DNA of 64,000 bases from Peptococcaceae bacterium UBA5318 (GCA_002408285.1 DHRG01000049.1:5647-69646); one strand, 5' to 3'; positions 8,509-19,405 are shown, counted from the stretch's first letter. Notes: a model not told the origin generated them from the sequence alone. Numbers and translations are program-made.

Positions 8509-9576
8509 TTACACAGCCAGATCTATATGCTGCACTGTGCCCGCGGTTCCATTCTCCCGTAGAAAGACGCCGCTTTCTTGTAATTGACCGACATCCTGGT
8601 TGACGTTATCCTTAAATGTGAAAGGGGATTGAATATGGCCCAGATAAATGGCGCCGATTCCCACTTCACCAAGAACCAAAAGTTGATCGCGTCCTTGAGC
8701 GTCCTTAGACCAGATGCGCAGTTTATTAAAGATAGGGTCGTTTTCGTCGATCCAGTTATTACCGTCACTATCGAAACGTGCTAATTCACTGAACCCGTTT
8801 CCGCTTTGCGGACCGAATAATTCACCGCCGTTATTAATGATACCGTCGCCATTGTGGTCTAAGGCTAAAAAGCCGCTGCCGGATAAAAGATAAGAAATCT
8901 GTTCCGCAGTACCGTCATTATCAAGGTCGAAGGAGAATTTGGTATCACTGAAAGCCGGCAGGGCCCCGCTGTAATTGACGACCAGGGGATCGATCTTGGC
9001 GTCGCCGGCCCTGAAGCTGATCGAAGACTGGGACATAAATTCACGCTGCATTGTAAATTGCACATTAATAGAAATCTCTTTTCCATCCTGTGTTTTTACG
9101 ACGCCGGCGGCGGAGAAGGACAGGCTTTCCTTTTCGTAATAAGTTTCATGATAGTTGAAGCTGATACCCCAGCCTAATCTTCCGCCGTTTGTTCCGGCCG
9201 GGTTTATGACAGTTACGTTAAGTAAACTGTTTTGTGTTGTGTTGGCCGGCTGAAGACGGGGGATCTTAAGTTTCATTTTTTTACCGGTAATCGTTGCAAT
9301 AAAACCTTCGATCAGTTGGATTTTTAGTTTGTCGCCATCGGTTAGTTCCGGCTCATCTTCCGTGTGGATATTGTTTACACCGGCAGCGGCTTGCCCGGCG
9401 GCGGAAAGTTGGTTTTGGGCTTTTTGTGAAAGATCTAGCAGGTCCCGGATGCCGCTAATGAGAACAGTATTCGCCGGGGGCCGGTCTACCCAGGCAGTCA
9501 AATTTTCCGTTTTATCCTGCCTGACTATTTTTTGCTGATTGCTGGACATTTCCAGACTGGATTCGGCAATTCTCAT
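8509..9576 (-). CDS. Hypothetical protein with C-terminal DxDxDG-type calcium-binding loops
   Basis: ATG at 9576 follows GAAGGTGA (the track ORF starts at 9627). Loops seen are DLDNDGTAEQ, DHNGDGIINNGGELFG and DSDGNNWIDENDP. Confidence 0.6.
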   Translation of the reverse strand: MRIAESSLEMSSNQQKIVRQDKTENLTAWVDRPPANTVLISGIRDLLDLSQKAQNQLSAAGQAAAGVNNIHTEDEPELTDGDKLKIQLIEGFIATITGKKMKLKIPRLQPANTTQNSLLNVTVINPAGTNGGRLGWGISFNYHETYYEKESLSFSAAGVVKTQDGKEISINVQFTMQREFMSQSSISFRAGDAKIDPLVVNYSGALPAFSDTKFSFDLDNDGTAEQISYLLSGSGFLALDHNGDGIINNGGELFGPQSGNGFSELARFDSDGNNWIDENDPIFNKLRIWSKDAQGRDQLLVLGEVGIGAIYLGHIQSPFTFKDNVNQDVGQLQESGVFLRENGTAGTVQHIDLAV

Positions 9577-9707
9577 TTCTATCACCTTCAAAATATTTCT
9601 TATCACTAATATCGTAAATATTGTCAAAAAAGTTTAGCAGGATTTTATTCCGGTGATAGAGAATAAGCTATTTTTAAATAATATGTTCTTAGGGAGGCAA
9701 AGAAATA

Positions 9708-11383
9708 TGGAAAGTAGTCAAGTTACGCAAGGGATTGCCAGAGCGCCTCACCGTTCGCTTTTTTATGCTATGGGATATGCGCCTGAGGATTTGCAGAAAC
9801 CTTTAGTAGCGGTCGTCAACGCTCATAACGAGATTATCCCGGGGCATGTTCATTTAGATCAATTGGCCCAAGCTGTGAAATTAGGGATTGCGGCTGCCGG
9901 GGGAACTCCCATTGAGTTTCCGGCTATTGGGATTTGTGACGGGATTGCGATGAATCACACCGGTATGCAATACCCCTTGGCTAGCAGGGAACTGATCGCC
10001 GATTCCATCGAAGCTATGATGGTGGGACATAAGTTTGATGCGATGGTGCTGCTGGGGAGCTGTGATAAGATCGTGCCCGGTATGTTGATGGCTGCGGCCA
10101 GGCTCAACCTCCCGGCAGTATTTGTCGGCGGCGGGCCGATGCTGACGGGACGCTACAAAGGCGCTCCCGCCGATTTGATCAAGGGGCCTTTTGAAGGAGT
10201 CGGGGCCTGCGCCCGGGGAAATCTCAGCGAGGATGATTTGACGGAGATGGAACGGTCGTCCTGCCCCTCGTGCGGGAGTTGTGCGGGGGTCTTTACCGCC
10301 AATTCAATGAATTGTCTGGCCGAAGCTCTGGGCATCGGGCTTCCCGGCAATGGGACCATTCCCGCGCCCTATGGCCTCAGAAAAGCGCTGGCCAAAAAAG
10401 CCGGCCGGCAGGTCATGGAGATGGTCAAAAGGAATATCCGCCCCCGGGATATTATGACTTTAAAGGCTTTCCGGAATGCGATCGTTTTGGACATGGCTAT
10501 CGGCGGTTCCACTAATACGGCTTTGCATTTACCGGCTATTGCCTATGAGGCGGATCTGGATTTAAATCTGCAAGTGTTCGATGAAATCAGTAAGAAAGTA
10601 CCTAACATTACCAAGATAAGCCCCAGCGGGGATGACCGTATGGAAGATCTCTATGGAGCCGGCGGGATTTCCGCCGTGCTGAAGGAATTGGATGACGCCG
10701 GTTTCCTGGAAAGCGACACGATCACAGTAACCGGAAAAACCCTGCAAGAAAACATTGCTTTAGCACGTGTTCTCAATTCTGAGGTTATCAGGCCGTTAGA
10801 TAAGCCTTTCCATCAAGAAGGAGGCATCGCTGTCCTCAAAGGGAACATAGCCCCCCAAGGCGCTGTGGTCAAACAAGCTGCCGTGGCCCCGGAGATGTTG
10901 GTCCACGAAGGACCGGCGCGTGTTTTCAAGTGTGAAGACGACGCCTTTGAAGCCATCATGGGCGGTAAAATCAAGAAGGGCGACGTAGTCGTTATTTTGT
11001 ATGAAGGACCCAAAGGAGGCCCCGGTATGAGGGAAATGTTGAGCCCCACAGCCGCCCTTTGCGGCATGGGCCTGGATAAAGAAGTGGCCTTGATTACCGA
11101 CGGCCGTTTTTCAGGCGGCTCCAGAGGGGCGGCTATTGGTCACGTTTCACCCGAAGCGGCGGAAAAGGGTCCGGTGGCTGTACTCCGGGAAGGGGATATC
11201 ATCCGGATTGACATCCCCGGGCGCACCCTGAACGTCGATTTAAGTGACGAAGAAATTGCCCAACGTTTGCAAACATGGGTCAAACCGGCTCCCAGGGTTT
11301 TGGGCAAATCTTATTTAGCCCGTTACGCTTCTTTAGTAACCTCAGCCAGCACAGGCGCAGTAGTAAAGCCGAGGCTGGATTAA
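9708..11383 (+). CDS. ilvD: Dihydroxy-acid dehydratase
   Basis: ATG at 9708 follows AGGGAGG. Motifs are [14 protein letters not shown] and [10 protein letters not shown], at full length. Confidence 0.95.
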
Positions 11384-11385
11384 AC

Positions 11386-11426
11386 GATAAGGAGGTGTCC
11401 CATAAATAGTGGGATACCTCCTTATC
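11386..11426. terminator. Bidirectional terminator between ilvD and hsp20
   Basis: GATAAGGAGGTGTCCCA-N7-TGGGATACCTCCTTATC forms a 17-bp perfect stem. Confidence 0.85.
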
Positions 11427-11445
11427 ATTCGTTATCATTTGTTCG

Positions 11446-11898
11446 TTATTGGATTTGGATTTTGCCGACCTTTTTTAATTCAGGGTTTTTCTTGGACAAT
11501 ACCAGGGACAAGATGCCGTTTTCGAACTTGGCGGAAATGTTTTCGTCATCAACATTTTCTACTACGAATGAGCGTTTCATCGTTCCGTACCGGCGTTCTT
11601 TCCGGATATACTTTTCATTGTCTTCATTTATTTCTTCTTTGTGCTCCACCGAAATAGTCAGCAGATTATTTTCCAGTTCCACGCCGATCTCTTCTTTTTT
11701 TATACCTGGGAGTTCCGCCTCTACTAAAAACCCTTTTTTATTTTCCTTGATATCCACCTTCATTTGTCCGCTATTGGAATAAAAAGACGGCAAGACGGCG
11801 TCGTTGAAGAAGTTTTCGAAGACGGAGTTCATATCAAAGGAATTAAAAGGCTTGCCTAGACCTGTTTCCCTCCGGCGGAAGGGGGTTAATTCAAACAT
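11446..11898 (-). CDS. Small heat-shock protein, Hsp20 family
   Basis: 150 aa with a canonical alpha-crystallin domain (VDIKENKKGFLVEAELPGIKKEEI...LTISVEH...GILSLVL). Confidence 0.9.
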   Translation of the reverse strand: MFELTPFRRRETGLGKPFNSFDMNSVFENFFNDAVLPSFYSNSGQMKVDIKENKKGFLVEAELPGIKKEEIGVELENNLLTISVEHKEEINEDNEKYIRKERRYGTMKRSFVVENVDDENISAKFENGILSLVLSKKNPELKKVGKIQIQ

Positions 11899-11937
11899 TT
11901 TAAATCACTCTCCTGTTTTTATTTGGTTTCTAATGTA

Positions 11938-11966
11938 ATTATACTTAGAAGGTCAGGGAACATCAA
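11938..11966 (-). promoter_or_regulatory. Sigma-A-type promoter of hsp20
   Basis: The minus strand reads TTGATG-17 nt-TATAAT, about 40 nt upstream of the ATG. Confidence 0.55.
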
Positions 11967-11967
11967 A
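11950..11967 (+). promoter_or_regulatory. CtsR-like heptad direct repeat overlapping the hsp20 -35 and spacer
   Basis: AGGTCAGG GAA CATCAAA compared with the consensus GGTCAAA-NAN-GGTCAAA. This is a partial match. Confidence 0.3.
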
Positions 11968-12007
11968 CCCCGTTTTCCGGCAAAAATCATACTTATGACC
12001 AACGGTA

Positions 12008-12024
12008 TTTGACCAATACTGACT
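12008..12024 (-). promoter_or_regulatory. CtsR-like heptad direct repeat upstream of hsp20
   Basis: The minus strand reads AGTCAGT ATT GGTCAAA. Confidence 0.4.
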
Positions 12025-12121
12025 TTTAATAATTCTCTTCTTATTCCTTTGTAAAGCTTATTATTTCTCGATTTTATAAAATGTATTCCTTAATAACAGG
12101 GAGTTTTAAATAAGATCATTT

Positions 12122-14722
12122 TTATTTCCTTACCGAGATTTGCAGACGATTATTTACTATATTTGTTTCCAGAGTATCGCCCGGTTTTATCTCGCCTTTT
12201 ACCATCATGCGGCTCAAGGGAGTTTCCACCTCCTGCTGGATCAGGCGTTTTAACGGACGGGCGCCGTAACTGGGATCATAACCGGTTTTAGCCAGGTATT
12301 CCAAGGCATCGGGAGTCCAGGTCAGGTCAAACCTGGCGATTTCTTTGAGTCGCGCCGCCAAGTGTTCCAGCATGATACGGGCGATCTCCCGCATGTGCTG
12401 GGGCGCTAAGGCGTGAAAGACCACAATTTCATCGACCCGGTTTAAAAATTCCGGACGGAAATACCTAGATAATAAGCTGATAACGGATTCTTTCATTTTG
12501 TCGTAATCTGAAACACCCGTACGTTGCGCTTCCAAAATTTCCTGGCTGCCGATATTGGAAGTCATGATGACGACGGTGTTTTTGAAGTTGACCGTTCTTC
12601 CCTGCCCGTCAGTGAGCCTTCCGTCATCGAGGATCTGCAGCATCACGTTGAAGACGTCGTGATGGGCTTTTTCAATTTCGTCAAAAAGGATCACGGAGTA
12701 CGGATGACGCCGTACAGCCTCGGTTAATTGCCCGCCTTCATCGTAGCCCACATAGCCGGGAGGGGCGCCGATCAAGCGTGAAACGGTATGCTTCTCCATA
12801 TATTCCGACATATCCAGGCGGATCATATTGCGTTCGTCGTCAAAGAGGGCTTGGGCTAACGCACGGGCCAATTCTGTCTTGCCCACGCCGGTAGGCCCCA
12901 GAAAAATGAAGCTGCCAATAGGCCGCCGGGGGTCCTTTATACCCGCCCTGGCCCGCAGGACGGCGTCGGCTACAGCTTGCACCGCTTGTTCCTGACCAAT
13001 GACCCGCTGATGAATGAATTCATCCAGGCGGACAAGTTTTTCTTTTTCGCCCTCCACCAATTTGCTGACCGGAATACCTGTCCAGCGGCTGACAACACTG
13101 GCGATATCTTCTTCGTCCACTTCTTCCTTTAAGAGCAGGGTCTGCTTTTGCCGGCCGGATATCTGTTCTTCTTCTGCTTTCAGTTGGCGGCTTAGCTCGT
13201 CCATTTTGCCGTATTTTAGTTCCGCGGCACGGTTGAGGTCATACTCGCGCTCAGCTTTTTCCATTTCCAGACGGGTTTCTTCCAGCTCTTTTTTTAACCG
13301 GCTCATGCGGCCGATAGTCTGCTTTTCGGTTTGCCACTGGGTTTTCAGGACGTCGGCTTCGCCCTTTAAATCTGCCGATTGTGCCTGGATTTTTTTCAGA
13401 CGCTCCTGGGAAATGGGGTCGTTTTCTTTTTTCAGCGCCGCTTCTTCAATCTCCAACTGCATAATGCGCCGGGTGATTTCATCCAAGGCGGTCGGCATGC
13501 TGTCAATTTCGGTGCGCAGACGGGCCGCGGCTTCATCCATCAGGTCGATGGCCTTGTCCGGTAAAAAACGGTCGGAAATATAGCGGTCGGAAAGGGTGGC
13601 CGCCGCCACCAAGGCTCCGTCTTTGATCCTCACTCCGTGATGAACTTCGTAACGCTCCTTCAAGCCCCGCAGGATAGAAATTGTATCTTCCACACTGGGA
13701 GGGTTTACTAACACCGGTTGGAAACGCCGTTCCAGGGCGGCGTCTTTCTCCACATGCTTGCGGTACTCATCCAGAGTCGTCGCTCCAATGGCTTTAAGCT
13801 CGCCGCGCGCTAACATGGGCTTGAGAAGGTTCCCCGCATCCATAGCCCCCTCGGCGGCCCCGGCCCCTACCACAGTGTGCAGTTCATCAATAAAGAGGAT
13901 CACCTGTCCGGCCGATTGCTGGACTTCTTTTAAAACGGCTTTCAACCGTTCTTCAAATTCACCCCGGTATTTAGCCCCGGCAATGAGGGCGCCCATGTCC
14001 AAGGCGATCACTTTTTTATCTTTAAGTCCCTCCGGCACATCTTTGGCTACAATTCTCCGGGCCAATCCTTCGACGACGGCTGTTTTACCGACGCCCGGCT
14101 CCCCGATCAGTACGGGATTATTTTTCGTCCGCCGTGAGAGGATTTCAATGACCCGGCGGATTTCGTCATCCCGTCCGATGACGGGATCCAGTTTATTTTC
14201 CCGGGCCAGGACCGTCAGATCCCGGCCATACTTTTGCAAAGCTTCATAAGTTTCTTCCGGGTTCTCGCTCGTCACCTGCTGATTCCCTCTGATAGTCCGG
14301 AGCGAAGAAAGGAGGGTTTCCCGCCGCAATCCCAATCGCTGCAGCAGTTCCTTCAGGTCATTTTCCCCTTCGTCGATAAGGCCTAAAAGCAGGTGTTCCA
14401 CGCTGACATATTGATCCTTCATATCTTTGGCTTCTTTTTCAGCTTTGCCAAAAACCCGGGCCAAGCTCGAACTGAGCCTTAGGGTCCCTTCATAGCCATG
14501 GACGGCGGGGACCCGGTCCAGGAGTTCTTGGACCGCCTGGGTCACGGCGGCGCTCTGGCGCCCGGTATGCTCCAGCAGGCTGGGTATCATGCCCGCTTCC
14601 TGGAGCAAAAGCGCCAGCAAAAGGTGTTTCCCCAAAACTTCCTGGTGATGAGCCTCAGCAGCCAGGTTCTGGGCCTGGGAGATGGCTTCCCGCGATTTTT
14701 GCGTATATTTATTCAGATCCAT
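12122..14722 (-). CDS. clpB: ATP-dependent disaggregase ClpB
   Basis: 866 aa with two AAA modules ([18 protein letters not shown]), a long coiled-coil middle domain and an N-terminal Clp_N. Confidence 0.95.
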   Translation of the reverse strand: MDLNKYTQKSREAISQAQNLAAEAHHQEVLGKHLLLALLLQEAGMIPSLLEHTGRQSAAVTQAVQELLDRVPAVHGYEGTLRLSSSLARVFGKAEKEAKDMKDQYVSVEHLLLGLIDEGENDLKELLQRLGLRRETLLSSLRTIRGNQQVTSENPEETYEALQKYGRDLTVLARENKLDPVIGRDDEIRRVIEILSRRTKNNPVLIGEPGVGKTAVVEGLARRIVAKDVPEGLKDKKVIALDMGALIAGAKYRGEFEERLKAVLKEVQQSAGQVILFIDELHTVVGAGAAEGAMDAGNLLKPMLARGELKAIGATTLDEYRKHVEKDAALERRFQPVLVNPPSVEDTISILRGLKERYEVHHGVRIKDGALVAAATLSDRYISDRFLPDKAIDLMDEAAARLRTEIDSMPTALDEITRRIMQLEIEEAALKKENDPISQERLKKIQAQSADLKGEADVLKTQWQTEKQTIGRMSRLKKELEETRLEMEKAEREYDLNRAAELKYGKMDELSRQLKAEEEQISGRQKQTLLLKEEVDEEDIASVVSRWTGIPVSKLVEGEKEKLVRLDEFIHQRVIGQEQAVQAVADAVLRARAGIKDPRRPIGSFIFLGPTGVGKTELARALAQALFDDERNMIRLDMSEYMEKHTVSRLIGAPPGYVGYDEGGQLTEAVRRHPYSVILFDEIEKAHHDVFNVMLQILDDGRLTDGQGRTVNFKNTVVIMTSNIGSQEILEAQRTGVSDYDKMKESVISLLSRYFRPEFLNRVDEIVVFHALAPQHMREIARIMLEHLAARLKEIARFDLTWTPDALEYLAKTGYDPSYGARPLKRLIQQEVETPLSRMMVKGEIKPGDTLETNIVNNRLQISVRK

Positions 14723-15024
14723 TACCTGTTCCTCCTTCGCAGATTCCTAATTTCTTGTTCTTTTTCTTCCAGACGGTCTAAGAGTTCCAGGATGACACAA
14801 GCGCCGGGTATATTGACGCCGAGGTTTTCACGCAGACGGATGATTTTATAGACTTTTTCCAGGTGTTCCTCAGGCAGTTTATGGTCTTGTATTTTGATTA
14901 CCCCAAGATCGGCCAGCGTTTCCAGCAGAAAGGGATGGATATCCAGGGACGCAATGTCTATCCACTCGCTTTCCCCGGCGGTATAAAGGGTGTGACGGTA
15001 AAACTGCAGATAATAGTTACTCAT
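14722..15024 (-). CDS. cbpM: CbpM-like chaperone modulatory protein (MerR_2-type)
   Basis: 100 aa, placed directly after the DnaJ/CbpA-like gene. The pattern [25 protein letters not shown] parallels E. coli CbpM. Confidence 0.65.
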   Translation of the reverse strand: MSNYYLQFYRHTLYTAGESEWIDIASLDIHPFLLETLADLGVIKIQDHKLPEEHLEKVYKIIRLRENLGVNIPGACVILELLDRLEEKEQEIRNLRRRNR

Positions 15025-15027
15025 CGT

Positions 15028-16020
15028 TTACACCCCTTTCCTGATTTCGGCAAGCTGCCGGTACAATTCTTCCTCTTTTGCAGAGAGGGAGTCGGGGATA
15101 TCAATCTGCAGTACTATGTATTGATCCCCCCGGCGTTCCAGGGAAAGCGGCCAGCCTTTTTGCCGCAAACGCAGCTTTTGGCTGCTGTGGGACATAGCAG
15201 GCACAGTTACCCAAAGAGAACCGTCCAGGGTTTTCACAGGGATTTTATCTCCCAGGACAGCTTGCTCAGGGGTTATTTCAGCCGTTACTTCCAGATCCGC
15301 CCCGTGCAGTCTAAAAAGAGGATGGGGGAGAAAGCTGATTTTTAAAAACAAATCGCCCTTTTTCCCCCCGGCCAATCCGTCGCCGCCCTGACCCTTTAAA
15401 CGGATCCTTTTCCCTTCCATGATGCCGGGCGGGATCTTCACGGACAAATTTTTGGTGACGCTTTTGCTGCCGGTTCCCCCACAATATTGGCAGACGCTTT
15501 TATGCAGATGACCTGATCCGCCACAGAATGCGCATAACTCCCGGGCATTGAGCCCTAAGTTTTTTTCACCGCCGTGGTAAGCTTCTTCCAGAGTCAAGGC
15601 CAGCTCGCTTTCAATATCTTGTCCGCGGGTGTTACGGGGTTGTTGAAAGCCGCCGGCAAAACGGCCGGCGCCCAGACCCCCGAAAAGCGTTTCAAAAAAA
15701 TCGCTGAAGCCTGTGTTTCCCGTTGCGCTCCAGGAAAAATCCCGGGTATCTTCCATATCGGGAGGCGGCTGCCATTCCTGGCCGTTGCGCCAATTCGCTC
15801 CCAACCGGTCGTATTTTGTTCTTTTTTCCTGGTCGCTTAATACTTCATAAGCTTCATTGATCTGTTTAAATTTTTCTTCCGCGGAGGTCTTTTCGCTGCC
15901 GGTATGAAGGTCGGGATGATACTTACGGGCTAATTTCCGGTAAGCTGTTTTGATCTCCTGTTCAGTGGCTTTACGGTCAACTCCCAGTATTTCATAATAG
16001 TCCCGATAAGTTGTAGCCAT
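15028..16020 (-). CDS. DnaJ/CbpA-class co-chaperone with a half-size zinc finger
   Basis: 330 aa with a J domain (YYEILGV...HPD) and a G/F region. Only two CxxCxGxG motifs are present ([16 protein letters not shown]). Confidence 0.85.
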   Translation of the reverse strand: MATTYRDYYEILGVDRKATEQEIKTAYRKLARKYHPDLHTGSEKTSAEEKFKQINEAYEVLSDQEKRTKYDRLGANWRNGQEWQPPPDMEDTRDFSWSATGNTGFSDFFETLFGGLGAGRFAGGFQQPRNTRGQDIESELALTLEEAYHGGEKNLGLNARELCAFCGGSGHLHKSVCQYCGGTGSKSVTKNLSVKIPPGIMEGKRIRLKGQGGDGLAGGKKGDLFLKISFLPHPLFRLHGADLEVTAEITPEQAVLGDKIPVKTLDGSLWVTVPAMSHSSQKLRLRQKGWPLSLERRGDQYIVLQIDIPDSLSAKEEELYRQLAEIRKGV

Positions 16021-16023
16021 ACT

Positions 16024-17910
16024 TTACTGCTCCGTATATTCCGCGTCAATAACGTCGTCTTGTCCGGCGTCCCCGTGGGGTGAGCCGCCGGGTGAGGGTT
16101 GTGCGGCGGACGGCTGTTCGGCATTTTTATAGAAAGCGCCGCCGGACTGGGTCAAATCACTGATGAGTGAGCGGAGCTTTTCGACGGAAGCATTTTCTTG
16201 GAGAGCCTTTTTCAGGTCGGAAACCAGTTGTTCGATCCGGCCTTTTTCATGTACCGCCAGTTTCTCCCCGTTTTCCTTCAACTGTTTTTCCATTTGATAG
16301 ACGATGGTATCGGCCTCGTTGCGCACTTCTACCTCTTCACGCCGTTTTTTATCTTCCGCCGCGTTAGCTTCGGCCTCCTGGACCATCTTGGCGATTTCCC
16401 CTTTATCCAAGCTGGTGGAGCCGGAAATGGTAACGGTCTGTTCTTTGCCGGTCCCTTTGTCTTTGGCGCTTACCTTGAGGATGCCGTTGGCGTCGATATC
16501 GAAAGTGACCTCGATTTGCGGAATACCTCTGGGCGCGACAGGGATTCCTTCCAGCTTGAATTGTCCCAGCGAGCGGTTATCTTTAGCCAGTTCCCGTTCG
16601 CCCTGCAGGATATTGATATCGACAGCGGGCTGGTTGTCTTCGGCGGTGGTGAATATCTGGCTGCGGCGTACCGGGATGGTGGTATTGCGTTCAATGAGCT
16701 TCGAGGATACGCCCCCCAGAGTTTCCACACCAAGGGAGAGGGGGGTAACGTCCAACAGTACGACGTCTTTGACCTCGCCGCTTAAGACCCCTCCCTGGAT
16801 GGAGGCCCCGATCGAAACGACCTCGTCGGGATTAACGCTTTGATTGGGATTGCGGCCGCCGGTTAAGGTGCGCACCAGATTTTGCACCGCCAGGATCCGC
16901 GTCGAGCCACCCACCAAAATGACTTCATCAATATCCTTGGCGGTCAACTTGGCGTCGGCTAAGGCTGCCATCACAGGCCCACGGCAGCGTTCCACCAGCT
17001 CATGGGTAAGTTCATCGAACTTGGCCCGCGTGATCTTCATGTCTAAGTGTTTGGGGCCGTTGGCATCCGCAGTTATAAAGGGCAGGCTGAGCTGGGTTTC
17101 AATGGCGCTGGACAATTCGATCTTAGCCTTTTCCGCGGCCTCGGTCAAACGCTGCAAAGCCTGTTTATCTTTACGAAGGTCGATCCCGTAATCTTTCTTG
17201 AATTCCTCAGCCATCCAATCCACCAGGACCTTGTCAAAGTTGTCGCCGCCCAAGTGGGTATCGCCGTTGGTGGATTTGACTTCAAAGACGCCGTCGCCCA
17301 CTTCCAGGATGGAAACATCGAAGGTCCCGCCGCCTAAGTCAAAGACCAGGATGGTTTCATTTTTCTTTTTGTCCAGACCATAAGCCAGGGCTGCGGCAGT
17401 AGGTTCGTTGATGATCCGCTGTACGTTCAGGCCGGCTATTTTTCCGGCGTCTTTGGTAGCCTGACGCTGGGCGTCGTTAAAATAGGCGGGCACCGTGATG
17501 ACTACGTCGGTGATCTTTTCACCCAAATATTTAGAGGCGTCGTCCACCAGTTTTTTCAGGACCATGGCGCTGATTTCCTCCGGCGCGTATAACTTGCCGG
17601 CGGTGTCAAACCGGACGGCGTCGTTGGGCCCCGCGACAACTTTATACGGGACCAGATTCCTTTCATCGGCTACTTCTAAAAAGCGCCGCCCGATAAAGCG
17701 CTTGATAGAATATAAGGTTTTATCGGGGTTCAGGGCGGCCTGGCGTTTGGCGATCTGTCCAACCAGCCTTTCGCTGCCGTCACGAAAGGTTACCACGGAC
17801 GGAGTGGTGCGGGACCCTTCCGCATTGACGATCACGGTGGGTTTGCCGCCCTCCATCACGGCTACACAGGAGTTGGTTGTTCCTAAGTCGATTCCCAGAG
17901 TTTTACCCAT
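16024..17910 (-). CDS. dnaK: Molecular chaperone DnaK (Hsp70)
   Basis: 628 aa with [16 protein letters not shown] and an acidic C-terminal tail. Confidence 0.95.
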   Translation of the reverse strand: MGKTLGIDLGTTNSCVAVMEGGKPTVIVNAEGSRTTPSVVTFRDGSERLVGQIAKRQAALNPDKTLYSIKRFIGRRFLEVADERNLVPYKVVAGPNDAVRFDTAGKLYAPEEISAMVLKKLVDDASKYLGEKITDVVITVPAYFNDAQRQATKDAGKIAGLNVQRIINEPTAAALAYGLDKKKNETILVFDLGGGTFDVSILEVGDGVFEVKSTNGDTHLGGDNFDKVLVDWMAEEFKKDYGIDLRKDKQALQRLTEAAEKAKIELSSAIETQLSLPFITADANGPKHLDMKITRAKFDELTHELVERCRGPVMAALADAKLTAKDIDEVILVGGSTRILAVQNLVRTLTGGRNPNQSVNPDEVVSIGASIQGGVLSGEVKDVVLLDVTPLSLGVETLGGVSSKLIERNTTIPVRRSQIFTTAEDNQPAVDINILQGERELAKDNRSLGQFKLEGIPVAPRGIPQIEVTFDIDANGILKVSAKDKGTGKEQTVTISGSTSLDKGEIAKMVQEAEANAAEDKKRREEVEVRNEADTIVYQMEKQLKENGEKLAVHEKGRIEQLVSDLKKALQENASVEKLRSLISDLTQSGGAFYKNAEQPSAAQPSPGGSPHGDAGQDDVIDAEYTEQ

Positions 17911-17937
17911 TATCGTTACCTCCTTTAAGGTTAATTT

Positions 17938-17955
17938 ACTGACCTAATTTGACCT
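17938..17955 (-). promoter_or_regulatory. CtsR-like operator overlapping the predicted dnaK transcription start
   Basis: The minus strand reads AGGTCAAA TTA GGTCAGT. One heptad is perfect and the other matches 5 of 7. Confidence 0.45.
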
Positions 17956-17962
17956 TAATTCA

Positions 17963-17990
17963 ATTATACATTATTCGGGCCGCCCGGCAA
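17963..17990 (-). promoter_or_regulatory. Sigma-A-type promoter of the dnaK-dnaJ-cbpM-clpB operon
   Basis: The minus strand reads TTGCCG-16 nt-(TG)TATAAT. Confidence 0.55.
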
Positions 17991-18008
17991 AGGTCAGAAA
18001 AGGTTAAA
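17991..18008 (+). promoter_or_regulatory. Second CtsR-like heptad repeat abutting the dnaK -35, in inverted orientation
   Basis: AGGTCAGA AAA GGTTAAA. Confidence 0.35.
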
Positions 18009-18100
18009 TAAGGTGATTGACTGGTATTATTTGCATAATTAACTGGCTAGCTATTATTATCTCATTGTTTTAGGCCTTTTTATTCTTTGGATACAAGAAG

Positions 18101-18145
18101 AAAACACCGGGGTCCATTTGGCATGTACGACCCGGTGTTTTCTCG
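18101..18145 (-). terminator. Terminator of the phosphofructokinase gene
   Basis: GAAAACACCGGGGTC...GACCCGGTGTTTTC is a long stem followed by a T run on the minus strand. Confidence 0.8.
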
Positions 18146-18157
18146 GTCCCTCTTATA

Positions 18158-19405
18158 TTAGCTTGCCGGTTTTCTGCTGATAAGGTTCATTCTCTTATAC
18201 CCTTCCAGGGTTACAAAGACAGGCAAACCCTGATGCATGGGTATGGATATCTCCCCTTCGATCAGGGGACGGGCATAATCCAGGAATTCCTTCGTGATAT
18301 TATTGTGCTCCTCGTTGATCATGGAGAGAGGCATGGTTTTTTCCCGGTTGGCCACGCGGTCAAGATCAGTATAACCAAGAGAACTGAGATAGTACGGGTG
18401 GTCTTTCCTTTCCAAGGTAACCATGATGCCGCTCATTCCCCGGGCGGCCAGTTTGACAGCCTCTATACCCGCCATATAGGCCTCCGAGGCGTCAGTGCGG
18501 GAAGAATTATGAATAGCGCTGCGTTGGGAGGTTCCAAGGATATTGCAGCGAACCTTGAGGTTTGCTTCCTTTGTTATATATTCCTTGAGAGTAGTAGCCA
18601 GGCCATTGCCCAGCTTGACATGTCCAAAAGCGTCTGTAGCCTTTTCCGCCGCTATATAATTACCGTTTTTGTCGGTTAAACCTTCGGAGGCTACTACATA
18701 GGCATAGCCTAATTTATCATAGACCTTCAGCACGTCATTAACAAACCGTTCCCGATCGAAAGCCACCTCCGGGAGGTAGATCAGGTGAGGGGCTTCCTCC
18801 CGGTTATTTTTGGCTAACGCGGCGGCGGCTGTCAGCCAGCCTGCGTTCCGGCCCATTACCTCAAGGATGGCGATATCGCTGCTGGCCACGATTCCTTGCA
18901 GATCCAGCCCGGTTTCCTTAACTACCGTGGCAATGTATTTGGCGGCGCTGCCGTAACCGGGGCTGTGGTCGGTTTCGGGCAGATCGTTATCAACGGTTTT
19001 TGGCACGCCTACGACCGCCATATCATAGCCGGAGGTTTGGGCCAATTGATGGATTTTATTGGCTGTGTCCATCGAATCATTTCCGCCCACATAGAAAAAA
19101 AAGCGGATATCATGCTTTTTGAAGATCGCGAGGAGTTTCTCATAATCGCTGTCCTGAAGTTTATAGCGGCAGGAACCCAGGGCAGCCCCAGGGGTGTAGC
19201 GCAGGCCGTCGATGGTTTGGCGGCTTTCCAGGCCAAGGTCGATGAGCTGCTCGTCGAGAACGCCTTTAATACCGAAAATAGCGCCATATACTGTTTTGAT
19301 CCGGGTTTGACGCAAGGATTCTTTAATCAATCCACTGATACTGTTATTAATAACTGCAGTAGGTCCGCCTGACTGCGCAATTAAACAATTACCTTTCCAA
19401 GACAT
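18158..19405 (-). CDS. pfp: Phosphofructokinase, probably pyrophosphate-dependent
   Basis: 415 aa with GGPTAVINN, GGNDS and MGRNAGWL. The PKTVDNDL motif has Lys where ATP-PFKs have Gly, and an Asp fills the fourth position of GGxD. Both are the published PPi-type signatures. Confidence 0.8.
   Translation of the reverse strand: MSWKGNCLIAQSGGPTAVINNSISGLIKESLRQTRIKTVYGAIFGIKGVLDEQLIDLGLESRQTIDGLRYTPGAALGSCRYKLQDSDYEKLLAIFKKHDIRFFFYVGGNDSMDTANKIHQLAQTSGYDMAVVGVPKTVDNDLPETDHSPGYGSAAKYIATVVKETGLDLQGIVASSDIAILEVMGRNAGWLTAAAALAKNNREEAPHLIYLPEVAFDRERFVNDVLKVYDKLGYAYVVASEGLTDKNGNYIAAEKATDAFGHVKLGNGLATTLKEYITKEANLKVRCNILGTSQRSAIHNSSRTDASEAYMAGIEAVKLAARGMSGIMVTLERKDHPYYLSSLGYTDLDRVANREKTMPLSMINEEHNNITKEFLDYARPLIEGEISIPMHQGLPVFVTLEGYKRMNLISRKPAS

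Noticed and set aside
13014-14249. Long ORFs antisense to clpB (for example 13014-13583 at 189 aa and 13758-14249 at 163 aa).
   Set aside because: They are Ser/Arg-rich low-complexity translations with no SD. They are fully embedded in a gene with unmistakable ClpB motifs, so they are shadow ORFs.
16167-17947. Multiple 60-195-aa ORFs antisense to or out of frame with dnaK.
   Set aside because: These are shadow ORFs within a high-confidence DnaK coding region. They have no start context or motifs.
17911-18157. CIRCE (HrcA) operator upstream of dnaK.
   Set aside because: I searched by eye for TTAGCACTC-N9-GAGTGCTAA on both strands and found no close match.
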